Positions 1 through 9,471 of a stretch of 64,000 nucleotides of DNA are shown in pieces. The notes under the pieces are model-generated. The model was given only the letters and a program-made list of their open reading frames with translations, searched no databases and was not told the origin of the DNA. The stretch comes from Acidobacteriota bacterium (GTDB lineage Bacteria > Acidobacteriota > UBA890 > WLXD01), in the NCBI GenBank assembly GCA_965248695.1, contig CBDFKD010000002.1:544001-608000 (forward strand). Reading direction: 5' to 3'. Every line of letters begins with the position of its first letter. Position 1 is the stretch's first letter. The translations under genes and the position numbers were made by a program.

Positions 1-1284
1 GTCGACCTCGGAGCGGGTCGGATCGCCGATGAACAGGATTCCACGGATTCCGCGTGGCGCCAGGAACGCGCCGAGCTCGACGCGCGTTGGCCTCGGTCCG
101 AGGACCACGTTCGCAGCCACCACTTGTGCCTGCCCGGCGAGCATCGGCGTGCGAAAGCTACGCGGCGCGACCGACGCCAGGCCGGTGTGGTAGGCGAGCC
201 GGAAGGACTCGCTCACCTGCCCTTCGGACCGGAATGCGTGCACGAGCACAGGTCGAGGGAGTCGACGAACTCGATCCGCCACTGCGAGCACCGCTGCCGG
301 GTCGAGGTTGCTCCATGACAGCGGCATCAGCGTATAGGGCATCGAGTAGGAGTCCATGATCTGGCGCTCCTTGTCGATCCATTCAGCGTCGTCACGCACA
401 TCGGGGTCCAGCAACGACACGACGTGCTCGAAGGTGCCGTCGACGATCACGTTGAAGAACTCTTCGTCAGTGGGGTACGGGGTGAGGTAGACGTCACGGT
501 CGATCCGGTGGACGGCGCCGCGTTCGAACGCCGACATGGTGAACTCGGGGCGCTCCCGATCAGCGCTGCCGTCGGCCACACGGTCGACACCGTACGAACG
601 TTCGATCATTTGTCGGACGGCGCCGACTCGATCCTTGCCGAGATAGCAGTGGATGTAAAATCGTCCGCCGGTCTGATCCACCAACGTCCGAATCGTAGCC
701 AGGGACTCCGCGTTGTCCGACACCCACGGCAACATCGGCGCATGGATCAGCTTCACTCCGAACTCGGCCGCGAGCTCCCGTTCCTGCTCCAGCAAGGTCG
801 GCTCGAATGGAACGATGGCGGGATGCAGGAGCGTGATGACGCCCGCATACCCCTCGTCGACGAGTTGCTGGAAACGCGCTCGATCCGGATAGGGTCCGAA
901 GGTGAAGCGGGCCACCGATGAGACCTCGGTGGTCTGCAGGATCATCATCGCCGCAGGCGTCATCCATAGCCACAGACAGCCTGCCGCCGCCGCCCAGGCG
1001 ATCGCCGGAAGGCCGTAGCGGATCTGCTGGCGCTCGGTGGCAAAGATCCATCGTGACAGCTTCCAACTGAGCCAGCCGGACAACGTTACGTAGACGGCGA
1101 TGACCGTCAACACCGCGAGCTTCTCGATGCTGTCGCCCCAGCCCCCGTCGCGCAGCAAGCTTGTCAGCCAGCGAACCGGCACGAGCAAGGTGAAGGTGCC
1201 GGCAGCGAAGCCGACCGCCAGCCACATCGCCGCAAAGACCCCGACGAACCTGGGCGACAGGTCTCCGATCATGGGTAGCTTCAT
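1..1284 (-). CDS. Membrane-anchored protein with tandem PTP/dual-specificity-phosphatase-like domains (runs off the window)
   Basis: Not in the ORF track. Manual translation from ATG 1284 is open to base 1: about three N-terminal TM segments, then FYIHCYLGKDR (HCx5R motif), a second similar domain with degenerate VLVHAFRSEG, and the start of a third. Confidence 0.75.
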   Translation of the reverse strand, partial: MKLPMIGDLSPRFVGVFAAMWLAVGFAAGTFTLLVPVRWLTSLLRDGGWGDSIEKLAVLTVIAVYVTLSGWLSWKLSRWIFATERQQIRYGLPAIAWAAAAGCLWLWMTPAAMMILQTTEVSSVARFTFGPYPDRARFQQLVDEGYAGVITLLHPAIVPFEPTLLEQERELAAEFGVKLIHAPMLPWVSDNAESLATIRTLVDQTGGRFYIHCYLGKDRVGAVRQMIERSYGVDRVADGSADRERPEFTMSAFERGAVHRIDRDVYLTPYPTDEEFFNVIVDGTFEHVVSLLDPDVRDDAEWIDKERQIMDSYSMPYTLMPLSWSNLDPAAVLAVADRVRRLPRPVLVHAFRSEGQVSESFRLAYHTGLASVAPRSFRTPMLAGQAQVVAANVVLGPRPTRVELGAFLAPRGIRGILFIGDPTRSEVD

Positions 1285-1293
1285 GACACCGCC

Positions 1294-2550
1294 TCAGAAC
1301 CTGCGAGAGACGGTGGTTGAGAACGTGAACCAGTTGCGCTCGCGCGCGTGGGTCAACTCTTCCCAGCTGTACCCGGCACCGAACTTGACGATCGTGTAGT
1401 CGCCCAGTGCCTTGGAGTAGACGGCGCTGACCTTGCGCGAGTTCAACCGCTCCAGGTCGAAGACGCTGATTACGTCTGTCGGTGACGACCCGAACCCACC
1501 GGTCACGCCCAGGTAGCTGTCGCGATTGCCGAAGTAGCGTCGTACCGTCAGCGCGTACGAACGTGACGCGCTCACGTCCTTGGGTGTGATGTAGGGCCGC
1601 AGTGAGATCCACCAGCTGCCGACATACTTGGCGACCGTGCCGGTGTAGATCGTCACCTGGGAGCTGGCGAACTCGAGCCGGCGGAAGCCGGCCGACAGCT
1701 CGATACCGTGCGGCAGGTTGGCATAGAGCTCACCGGAGTAGCGTTGGCGCGGATACAGCGAGTCGTCCGAGTAGCCGTAGCTCACATAGGCATACATGCC
1801 ATCGATCAGCCGCGGATACGCCTCGATCTCGAATTGCTTCGCCTGTTTGCCGAACCGCTGTGACCAGTTCCCACGCAGGATGATGGATCCGAGCGGCGTA
1901 CGGCGGTTGAGCGACACAGTGGCGCCATGCCAGGGAATCGAGAGCGTATCGGCATCGGTGTAGCCGTAACCGATCGCGAACTTGTTGACCGATCGCTTCA
2001 GTCGGATGCTGGAGTACAGCCGCGCGCCGCGCTGGTGTCCGGGGTTGCGATCGAGCAGACGATCAAGCGTCAACGATGCGGCGCCGAGATCATCCAGCTT
2101 GCGCTCTGCAGTTGCCTTCTTGAACAGGAAGTCCTCGTGGTTCGGATCGCGCGACAGGCCCTCGTCCACATACTCGAGGGCGCGCTCGGGATGATCCGAC
2201 CAAAGCTCGACATCGACCAGCGCGTTGCGTGCGTCTGCGTAGCCCGGCTTGGCACGGACCACGACCAGAAGCTCTTTGCGGGCCTCGTCGTGTCGTCCGT
2301 CCCAGGCATACAAGCGGCCCAACATGATGCGTGCGTCCCAGTGCCTCGGGGACTCCTCGATGAGCTCGGTGAGGATCGCCCGTGCCGCGTCGCGCTCACC
2401 TGAGAAAGCGAGCTCGCGAGCCCGATCGAAGCGGTCTTGGGCCGCCAGCGCGACCGAGCTCAGCGACACGAAGACGATGGAAAGCATCAAGAGACGGGCC
2501 ACGCGGCGGCCGCCGATCCCGGTCTCGTCTGACGTTCTTTGCGTCAACAT
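1294..2550 (-). CDS. TPR-containing YaiO-family outer-membrane beta-barrel protein
   Basis: Signal peptide, TPR-like helices, aromatic-rich barrel with QFEIEAYPR and terminal Phe; AAGGAGG RBS. Confidence 0.8.
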   Translation of the reverse strand: MLTQRTSDETGIGGRRVARLLMLSIVFVSLSSVALAAQDRFDRARELAFSGERDAARAILTELIEESPRHWDARIMLGRLYAWDGRHDEARKELLVVVRAKPGYADARNALVDVELWSDHPERALEYVDEGLSRDPNHEDFLFKKATAERKLDDLGAASLTLDRLLDRNPGHQRGARLYSSIRLKRSVNKFAIGYGYTDADTLSIPWHGATVSLNRRTPLGSIILRGNWSQRFGKQAKQFEIEAYPRLIDGMYAYVSYGYSDDSLYPRQRYSGELYANLPHGIELSAGFRRLEFASSQVTIYTGTVAKYVGSWWISLRPYITPKDVSASRSYALTVRRYFGNRDSYLGVTGGFGSSPTDVISVFDLERLNSRKVSAVYSKALGDYTIVKFGAGYSWEELTHARERNWFTFSTTVSRRF

Positions 2551-2615
2551 TCGAACCTCCTTGCGATGATCTGCGTAGCTGCGGGCTCAAATCCGGCCCG
2601 GAATCCGTACCTGTT
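2544..2615 (-). pseudogene. Possible C-terminal remnant of a GT2 glycosyltransferase
   Basis: NRYGFRAGFEPAATQIIARRFEC* resembles the (M)xRxGF tail of membrane GT2 synthases; stop overlaps the YaiO start. Confidence 0.3.
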
Positions 2616-2619
2616 CGGG

Positions 2620-2667
2620 GCTGACCTCGACGGCTTGCTCGCCGCTCTCGGGATCATCGCGAGATAA
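2620..2667 (+). pseudogene. 3' remnant of head decoration protein gene
   Basis: ADLDGLLAALGIIAR* directly before the capsid gene; LAALGII(A/V)R is a typical decoration protein C-terminus. Confidence 0.5.
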
Positions 2668-2684
2668 CGATGGGGAGATAGACG

Positions 2685-3680
2685 ATGCCACTGCTGGATA
2701 TCTTCAACGACGATGCCTTCTCGTGGGTCTCGCTCACCGACGGCATCATCAAGGCGCCGTATCGACCGGGGCGTATCGGGACTCTCGGGCTGTTTCGAGA
2801 CTCTGGGATTACAACGACCACGGTCGTGGTGGAGGAAAAGGACGGTCGCCTGGAGCTGATCGCCACGAGCCCGCGCGGCGGTCCGGCCGAAACCATCGGC
2901 GCTCAGAAGCGCACGGCTCGCAGCTTCCTGGTCCCGCACCTGGAGAAGGAGTCCACGGTGTTGGCCGATGCGGTGCAGGGCGTGCGCGCGTTCGGCTCCG
3001 AGAGCGAATCGGAAAGCCTCGAGGGACTCATCAACGAGCGCCTGATCGACCTGCGGGCGATGCACGAGGTGACGCTGGAGCATCTGCGGGTCGGTGCGAT
3101 CAAGGGCAAGGTGCTCGATGCCGACGGCTCGGCGGAGCTGTTCAACCTCTTTACCGAGTTCAATGTGTCGCAGCAGACCAAGGACATCGCGCTGTCAAGC
3201 GACAGTACTGATGTGCGCGGCGAGTGCGTCGCCATCCAGCGGCTATCGGAAGGCGAGCTTGGCGCCGAGATGGTGACCGGGTACCGGGCCTTCTGCGGTG
3301 ACGATTTCTTTGACGAGTTCGTTGCCCACGCCAAGGTCGCCGAGTCGCTCAAGTACCAAGAGGCGCAGCTGCTGCGTACCGATCTGAGGTCCGGGTTCGA
3401 GTACGGCGGCATCACGTGGGAAAACTACCGCGGCAAGGTCGGCAACGTGAGCTTCTTCCCGAGCACCGAGGCGTTCGTGGTGCCGATCGGGACCGGGATC
3501 TTCCGTACGTACTTCGCCCCGGCCGACTTCATCGAGACGGTCAACACGCTGGGCCGTCCGGTGTACGCCAAGCTCGTTGCCGACAACGAGCTGAACCGCT
3601 GGAGCAAAGTGCACACGCAGAGCAACCCGCTGTGCCTGTGCCTGCAGCCACGAGCGGTGATCCGGGTGACCAAGAGCTAG
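2685..3680 (+). CDS. Major capsid protein, lambda gpE family
   Basis: 331 aa; DIFNDDAFS...SLT start, FEYGGITWENY, YFAPAD, QSNPL motifs. Confidence 0.9.
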   Translation: MPLLDIFNDDAFSWVSLTDGIIKAPYRPGRIGTLGLFRDSGITTTTVVVEEKDGRLELIATSPRGGPAETIGAQKRTARSFLVPHLEKESTVLADAVQGVRAFGSESESESLEGLINERLIDLRAMHEVTLEHLRVGAIKGKVLDADGSAELFNLFTEFNVSQQTKDIALSSDSTDVRGECVAIQRLSEGELGAEMVTGYRAFCGDDFFDEFVAHAKVAESLKYQEAQLLRTDLRSGFEYGGITWENYRGKVGNVSFFPSTEAFVVPIGTGIFRTYFAPADFIETVNTLGRPVYAKLVADNELNRWSKVHTQSNPLCLCLQPRAVIRVTKS

Positions 3681-3692
3681 GCAACGGAGCTG

Positions 3693-4085
3693 ATGCGCAT
3701 CATCGCACTGGAGTCGATGGACTTGTCGGCCGCGGGAGCCGTGCTGGCGCTGCGGGCCGGCAACAGTATCGATGCTTCAGAAGACATCGCTGTGATCGCC
3801 ATCAAGCATGGCTTCGCCGAACCGGTTGACGAAGCAGAGGTCGTCCCGGAGCCGGAGCTGGAAGACGATGAGGGGCTCGACGAGGCCGAGTGGCCGGGCG
3901 ATTTGTCGACGAAGGCTATCGAAGCACTCGAGGCGACCGACTTCGGGCCGGAGGATATCGAGTCCACCAGTGACGAGGAGCTGCTGGCACTCAGCGGCCT
4001 CGGCCCCGCGGCGCTCCGCATTTTGCGCGAGGTGTTCGGCGGACCACCACCAGACCAACAGCCTGCGGCTAGCGGTGACCGATGA
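3693..4085 (+). CDS. Phage head-associated protein with C-terminal helix-hairpin-helix
   Basis: Follows capsid; acidic linker, then DEELLALSGLGPAALRIL (HhH/alpha-CTD-like). Confidence 0.6.
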   Translation: MRIIALESMDLSAAGAVLALRAGNSIDASEDIAVIAIKHGFAEPVDEAEVVPEPELEDDEGLDEAEWPGDLSTKAIEALEATDFGPEDIESTSDEELLALSGLGPAALRILREVFGGPPPDQQPAASGDR

Positions 4086-4429
4086 GCGATTCGCTGGCCG
4101 ATCTGGTAACGGACAGTGTCATCGGCGGCGGTCTTTTGCCTCTGTCGGTCACCGCGACGGTAACGATCCCGGGCGGCGATGCTGTCGAGGGCATCAACGC
4201 CTGTTGGGAAGTGATCGAGCTGTTCGATACACCGGCGGGCTCGATGCTACAGCGCACCGAGCCGCTGCGCACGCTGTGGTTGCGCCGCGCCGACGTGGCG
4301 CAGGTGCCTCGCGGCACGATCATCGAAGCGCCGGAAAAGAGCGGAGGGACGGTCCAGCGATGGCACGTCGACAAGGTTGAGCAGATGAGCGCCACGGCGA
4401 TCCAGGTCGTCGTTGTGCCGCGGAGCTGA
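4082..4429 (+). CDS. Probable head-tail joining protein (gpFII-like)
   Basis: 115 aa beta-rich protein, synteny, ATGA coupling. Confidence 0.55.
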   Translation: MSDSLADLVTDSVIGGGLLPLSVTATVTIPGGDAVEGINACWEVIELFDTPAGSMLQRTEPLRTLWLRRADVAQVPRGTIIEAPEKSGGTVQRWHVDKVEQMSATAIQVVVVPRS

Positions 4430-4430
4430 C

Positions 4431-4691
4431 ATGAAGATCCAAGCGCAGCGGCCATGCGAGTTTACCGACGGCGATGGCCAACACCGGCGACTCCGGGCCG
4501 GCGAGCTCGTCGAGGACCTTGCGGACCGGAGCGCGGCCGCGCTTATCGCCTCTGGTGCCGCGGTACGAGTCGAACCCATCGAGGTGCCGCCTGAACCGGA
4601 GGCCGGCCCGGAGGCCGAGGCACCGCCTGAGCCGGAGCCGCGCCGGAAGCGTCCGCCGCAGCGACCGCACAAGAAGCCCAAGGGCGAATGA
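4431..4691 (+). CDS. Phage hypothetical protein (Pro/Glu-rich tail)
   Basis: ATG directly after previous stop; in the morphogenesis operon. Confidence 0.55.
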   Translation: MKIQAQRPCEFTDGDGQHRRLRAGELVEDLADRSAAALIASGAAVRVEPIEVPPEPEAGPEAEAPPEPEPRRKRPPQRPHKKPKGE

Positions 4692-4694
4692 TAA

Positions 4695-5168
4695 ATGTCA
4701 GACTCGTCGCCGCGCCAACAGCTATTGGAGGCAGTGCGCGAGCGCCTGAGCGGAATCAGCACCGCCGACGGCTACCACACCGACGCCGGCCGGACGGTGT
4801 ACTTCGGCGAGGCGCCGATGTTGAGCCCGGGCGACGAGGCCGACACGGCGATCCTGTTGCGTGCGGGGCCGGACGAGGTCACGCACCTGGGAGCCAATGT
4901 GACGCGCGCGATCCAGCTGCAGATCGCAGCTTTGGCCCGTGCGGACCTGTCGGAGCCCTGGGTCGCGGCGGAGCGCGTGCTGGCCGACGTGCAGCGGATC
5001 ATCGAGAGCAGCGACCGCGCCGCCCGCACGCTTGGCGAGCGGGCGAAATGGCAGGGTCTGGAGCCTGGCCAGATCGACACGCTCGAGCGCGAGGAAGGTG
5101 CCACGACGGTGGCGGTCGAGATCACCTACACGGCGACCTACACGGTGGCTCGAGGCGGCGGCGCATGA
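4695..5168 (+). CDS. Tail terminator-like protein (gpU position)
   Basis: RQQLLEAVRERLSGISTADGYHTDAG N-terminus typical of siphophage tail completion proteins. Confidence 0.65.
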   Translation: MSDSSPRQQLLEAVRERLSGISTADGYHTDAGRTVYFGEAPMLSPGDEADTAILLRAGPDEVTHLGANVTRAIQLQIAALARADLSEPWVAAERVLADVQRIIESSDRAARTLGERAKWQGLEPGQIDTLEREEGATTVAVEITYTATYTVARGGGA

Positions 5169-5701
5169 ACCTCCGTATCAGCATGGACACGAAGCCGGCT
5201 CTGCGCTCCCTGGCAAACCTAAAACGCCAGGCACCGAAGGCCCTGGCGAAGTCGCTGAACGGCGGCCGCAACAGCGCGCGAAAGGTGATGGTGCAAGCCG
5301 TGGCGGCGGACATGAAACTGCCGCAGAAACAGATCCTCTCAGTGTTGCGCACCAGCAACGCGACCCCGAAGCGCTTCGTGGCCGAGGTTGCCGCACCGTT
5401 GCGCCGTCTAACGCTCTACAGGTTCAAAGCCACGCAGTTCAAGAAAGGCGTAAAGGCCAACACCGGCCGCGGGCGGCGCCTTTACCCGGGCACGTTCATC
5501 GCCTTCACGCCCGATGGGAAAAAGCAGGTATTCGCTCGCGTGGGCAAGAGCCGCTATCCCATCGCAGTGCGGCGCGGAGTTTCGATCGGCCACGTGTTCA
5601 ACAAGCACGTCGCCGCCGGCCTGTCCCAGGGGGTGGAGCAGTTTCACAAGGATCTCCGTCACGAAATCCAGCGGGCGCTCGACTGGAGCGCGCGGCTATG
5701 A
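5165..5701 (+). CDS. Minor tail protein Z (gpZ-like)
   Basis: Basic protein from ATG 5165; KALAKSLN, TFIA...VFARVGKSRYPI motifs. Confidence 0.75.
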   Translation: MNLRISMDTKPALRSLANLKRQAPKALAKSLNGGRNSARKVMVQAVAADMKLPQKQILSVLRTSNATPKRFVAEVAAPLRRLTLYRFKATQFKKGVKANTGRGRRLYPGTFIAFTPDGKKQVFARVGKSRYPIAVRRGVSIGHVFNKHVAAGLSQGVEQFHKDLRHEIQRALDWSARL

Positions 5702-5717
5702 ACCGGAGAAGCACACC

Positions 5718-6314
5718 ATGAAGCCCTACGAAATCATCGCCACGCCGTTGAGCGTGTACCTGGCCCCTGTGGGGGAACCGTTCCCAGAAGTCGACGAGGC
5801 CCCTGCCGGAAACTGGGCACAGATCGGAGCCGGCGGCAACCTCAACTACGCCGAGGAAGGCGTTACCGTGGCGCATGGCCAGGAGATCACCGAGTGGAAG
5901 GGTCTAGGCTCCACGGCTCCTCGCAAGGCGTTCCGCACGGCCGAGTCGCTGATGATCAGCCTGATGCTCGCGGACGTTAGCGCCGAGGCCTACCAGGTCG
6001 CCCTCAACCAGAACGCCATCACGACCACGGCGGCCGGGTCCGGCGTGCCGGGCTCCAAGCAGATCAACATGTACCTGGGCCCCACTGTCGATACCCGGGC
6101 GCTGCTGATCCGCGGCCTCAGCGCGTACAACGAAGCCTACGCGGCACAGTGGGAGGTGCCGGTCGTGTACGAGTCCGCCTCGCCCGAGACTGTGTTTGTC
6201 AAAGACGCACCGGCGATGCTGGCGCTGGAGTTCAAGGCGCTCGAGGATCCGGACGCGACGAGCGCCGCGGCGCGCTTCGGGAGCATCCGTCACCAGACGG
6301 CGGTGGCGACGTAA
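5718..6314 (+). CDS. Major tail (tube) protein
   Basis: From ATG 5718 (GGAG RBS); VYLAPVGEPFP start, ~198 aa, synteny before chaperones. Confidence 0.75.
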   Translation: MKPYEIIATPLSVYLAPVGEPFPEVDEAPAGNWAQIGAGGNLNYAEEGVTVAHGQEITEWKGLGSTAPRKAFRTAESLMISLMLADVSAEAYQVALNQNAITTTAAGSGVPGSKQINMYLGPTVDTRALLIRGLSAYNEAYAAQWEVPVVYESASPETVFVKDAPAMLALEFKALEDPDATSAAARFGSIRHQTAVAT

Positions 6315-6316
6315 CG

Positions 6317-6508
6317 GTGGCGCAACGAGCGATCGAGAACCCGGAGCAGCTGGTCGAGGCGCGCAAGGCGCAACTGCGCCGGCAGATCGCCCAGCACAAG
6401 AGGACGCGACAACGGGCCCGCCAGCAGCTACGCGCAGCCGCTGCGGAGCTGCACCGGATCGAGTGCGAATCGCTCGGCATTCAGGTAGTAGAGAGAGCCG
6501 ACCACTAG
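6317..6508 (+). CDS. Small phage coiled-coil protein
   Basis: GTG 2 nt after tail-tube stop; helical Arg/Gln-rich. Confidence 0.45.
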   Translation: MAQRAIENPEQLVEARKAQLRRQIAQHKRTRQRARQQLRAAAAELHRIECESLGIQVVERADH

Positions 6509-6537
6509 CGCAACGGCATAGGGAGGAGCCCATAGCC

Positions 6538-6954
6538 ATGAGCAAAAAGCGCACCAGCGACAAGAAGGCGCCGCGCCGGCGCAAGTCACCCACCGAGCCG
6601 TTACTCGATATCGCGGTACTCACCGAGCGGCCAGCCATCAAGATCGGTGGCCGCCGCTACGAGGTCCGTACGCCCAAGGAGCTGCCACTGCTGAAGCTGC
6701 GGCGATTCGAGCTCATGGGACAGCGCCTGCAGGAAATCGGCGCGATCAACCTAGCGGAAGCCACGGACGCCGACGATGCCGAGCTGTCCGGGATCCTCGA
6801 TGACCTGTGTCGGCTGGTGCTCGTGGCGCCGGCTGGTGTGCACGCCAAGCTCGGCGACCTGGACCGGATGGCGATCGTCAACGTTTTTACGGGGAGCCCG
6901 GTATCGCCGGAGCTGAAGGCGGTGACCGGGAGCTCACCGGCGACAACGAAGTAG
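6538..6954 (+). CDS. Tail assembly chaperone G
   Basis: ATG 6538 with GGAGGAG RBS; between tail tube and tape measure. Confidence 0.7.
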   Translation: MSKKRTSDKKAPRRRKSPTEPLLDIAVLTERPAIKIGGRRYEVRTPKELPLLKLRRFELMGQRLQEIGAINLAEATDADDAELSGILDDLCRLVLVAPAGVHAKLGDLDRMAIVNVFTGSPVSPELKAVTGSSPATTK

Positions 6955-7277
6955 AGGATTGGGGCTTGCTGGCTGCGCGACTGGCGAGATTCTACGGGAC
7001 CGACCCGATGTACTGGCTCCAGGAGGCGCCGCTCGCGATGCTCGAGGCGTCCGTGCGCGCGCTGCCCATTGTGCAGGCGGAGGAGTCGCTCCTGTGGTCG
7101 GATCGGTTGGCTATCGGGACCGGAGCTGCTCGGGAGCACGCGCGTCGTTCGGCACTGCAGAGGTGGCACAAGACCGCCGCGGGCGGGACTCGTGCCAAGC
7201 CGGCGGCACCAGCGATGATCGCCGGATTCGGCATCGAGCTTGTCGGCCTGCCACCGCAGGAGGCACCTGATGCCTAG
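6883..7277 (+). CDS. Tail assembly chaperone GT extension (-1 programmed frameshift)
   Basis: Overlapping -1 frame open across GTTTTTA (6883-6889), followed by a GC-rich hairpin; LARFYGTDP motif. Confidence 0.6.
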
Positions 7278-8508
7278 CTCACGCCTGGCCGGCGCTGTGC
7301 TGCAGATGAGCGCCGATGCGAGCGCCTTTTTCTCCGACATTGACAAGGTAGAGAAGCGCGTCGGCGGCCTCGGGCTGAAGCTCAAGAAGATCGGCGCCAG
7401 CGCCTCTAGAGCTGGTCGGGCGCTGTCGCTCGGAGTAACGACGCCCCTAGCAGCCTTCGGTGCGGCTGCATTCAAGGCGTCGGCCGAGGCCGAAGAAACC
7501 GCGAACAAGTTCGACGTCGTGATGGGCCCCGCCGCCGATGGGGTGCGTCAGCGGCTCGATGATCTCACCAGCACCATCCCCCTCACGCGATCCGAAATGG
7601 AGGGGCTGGCGGCCGGCATCCAGGACATGCTCGTGCCGATGGGCGTGGCTCGAACCGACGCCGCCGGCATGAGCGCCGACATGGTCGAGCTGGCCGGTGA
7701 CATGGCCGCCTTCAACAACGCGAGCCCGGATCAGGTTTTACAGGACATCCAGTCGGCGCTGGCCGGCAGCTCGGAGCCGATGCGCAAGTACGGCGTTGAC
7801 ACGCGCGTGGCGGCGTTGGAGTCGGTGGCGCTGGCGCACGGCCTCATTGAGCAGGGCGAGGAGCTGGACAATACGACTCGCGCGCAGGCCGTGCTGTTAG
7901 CCATTCAGAAAGACAGCACCGATGCAATGGGAGCCGCTAAGCGAGAGGCCGAAGGGAACGCGGCGTCGGTGCGCTTCCTGTGGCGCAACGTGAAGGATCT
8001 GACGCAGTCCTTCGGCGATGAGCTCGTTCCGGCGATCACGCCGGTGATCCAGAGGCTTGCCGACGCGGTGAAGTGGTTTGGCAGCCTCGAAAAAGGCACC
8101 AAGTCTGCGATCGTACAGGTCGGTGGCTTCGTCGCCGCGCTTGGGCCCGGCCTGTTCGCTCTGGGCAAGCTGACCACGGGCATCGGTGGCGGAATCAGAG
8201 GCCTGCGCGATTTCTCCGGCTGGCTCCGCAAATCGACTATCGCAAAGAAGGCTGCGACTGCCGCCCAATGGCTGCTGAACGTGGCGTTGAACGCAAACCC
8301 GCTTGGTCTCGTTGTGCTGGCTGTAGGGGCACTCGTCGGCGCTTGGGCGCTGTGGGGCGATGAGATCAAAGGATTCCTGTCCGGCGCTTGGAACGCCTGG
8401 CTAACAGCGGTTGAAACGGCGATCGACTACACAATCCGCGCCGGCCCTACGTCTACGGGCCGATGTTCCCGGGTTAAAGTGACGCTCGTGGATGCCCGCC
8501 GTCGAAGC
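7270..8508 (+). pseudogene. Tape measure protein, truncated
   Basis: ATG 7270; LSLGVTTPL, LNANPLGLVV and W-repeat motifs; coding sense degrades after ~8430 although the ORF runs to 8772. Confidence 0.8.
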
Positions 8509-8509
8509 C

Positions 8510-8650
8510 TTCCAACGAGATCCCCTGCTGCTGCGCCCACTGTTCCCATGCACTATTGGATTCGTCGGCGGCCTTCTTGGCCTCGAGCCCGAACTCCTGC
8601 CACGCCTCCCGGATCTGCGCTGCTCCTTCTCGTACTCCTTGGCCTTTGTC
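8510..8650 (-). pseudogene. Inverted tape-measure-like fragment
   Basis: Minus strand reads TKAKEYEKE/AAQIREAWQEFGLEAKKAADESNSAWEQWAQQQG, with helical W spacing like a TMP. Confidence 0.4.
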
Positions 8651-9087
8651 ACCAGAACCAAGCCGGCAAAGCAATAGGCCTGATTCTCATAAAAGAACTG
8701 GTCGTTGTCGTCCAAGCCGTTCAGATATGCCTTCCAGTCCTCGTAACTCTCGAACGACACCGGCGCATATAGCGGTTCATGGAGGAACCAGTGACCGATC
8801 TCATGGGCCAACGTGAACCGGTACCTGTTGGAGAGTTTCTCGTTCGAGTACAGAGAGTAGTCAACGTAAATACTCTGCCGGTCAACCGAAAGGAAGCCCT
8901 CGATATCGTGCTGGCTTCGCAGGTGCTCGGTCGGAACGATGTGTAGCCCGATTTTCACATCCACAAGATGCTCGATGGGAACGGGAGGGCTGCGGCTCGG
9001 CCAGTACTTCTGGAGGAACTCGTCCGCGAAGCCCCGCACATCTTCATAGTTCCAGTGCTCAGGGCGAGGCGGGCCTTCCGTCATCAA
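8651..9087 (-). pseudogene. ImmA/IrrE-family metallopeptidase, C-terminally truncated
   Basis: RYRFTLAHEIGH (HExxH) and ENQAYCFAGLVLV, then unrelated sequence. Confidence 0.8.
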
Positions 9088-9102
9088 GATGAGCGTTGGG
9101 GA

Positions 9103-9471
9103 TCAGGTCTTGCGGATCGTCTGTATCAGGGCCTTGAGTTCCTCGTCGGGCACCGGCTCCCCTCGGACTGTGCGAAAGAAGACGGGAAGCTGCGACACCA
9201 ACTTGTCGTTCTGAAGTACGTCGGGAGGAATCTCTCCTCGGGCGAGCGCAGCAAGATCGAAGAACTCCAACCATTCGTCAGAGCCTTCGTTGAGCGCAAG
9301 GGCATGGGCGTAGGTCGCGAGCTTTTCCGGTGAGCGAGGCGGCGACAGTCGGCCGCGCTCGATCTTGCTGATGTTGCCGGGATCGAAGTCGTGATCGAGG
9401 CAGAACTGCCTAAGACTCTTCCCGGCTTGTCTACGCCTGAGTTCAGCAAAGAAATCGCCGAATCGAGCCAT
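9103..9471 (-). CDS. XRE-family HTH regulator paired with ImmA/IrrE
   Basis: FGDFFAELRR...SLRQFC...NISKIERG HTH. Confidence 0.85.
   Translation of the reverse strand: MARFGDFFAELRRRQAGKSLRQFCLDHDFDPGNISKIERGRLSPPRSPEKLATYAHALALNEGSDEWLEFFDLAALARGEIPPDVLQNDKLVSQLPVFFRTVRGEPVPDEELKALIQTIRKT

Noticed and set aside
4688-5701. 337-aa ORF as one protein
   Set aside because: First half is an off-frame overlap of the tail terminator gene; the real gene starts at 5165
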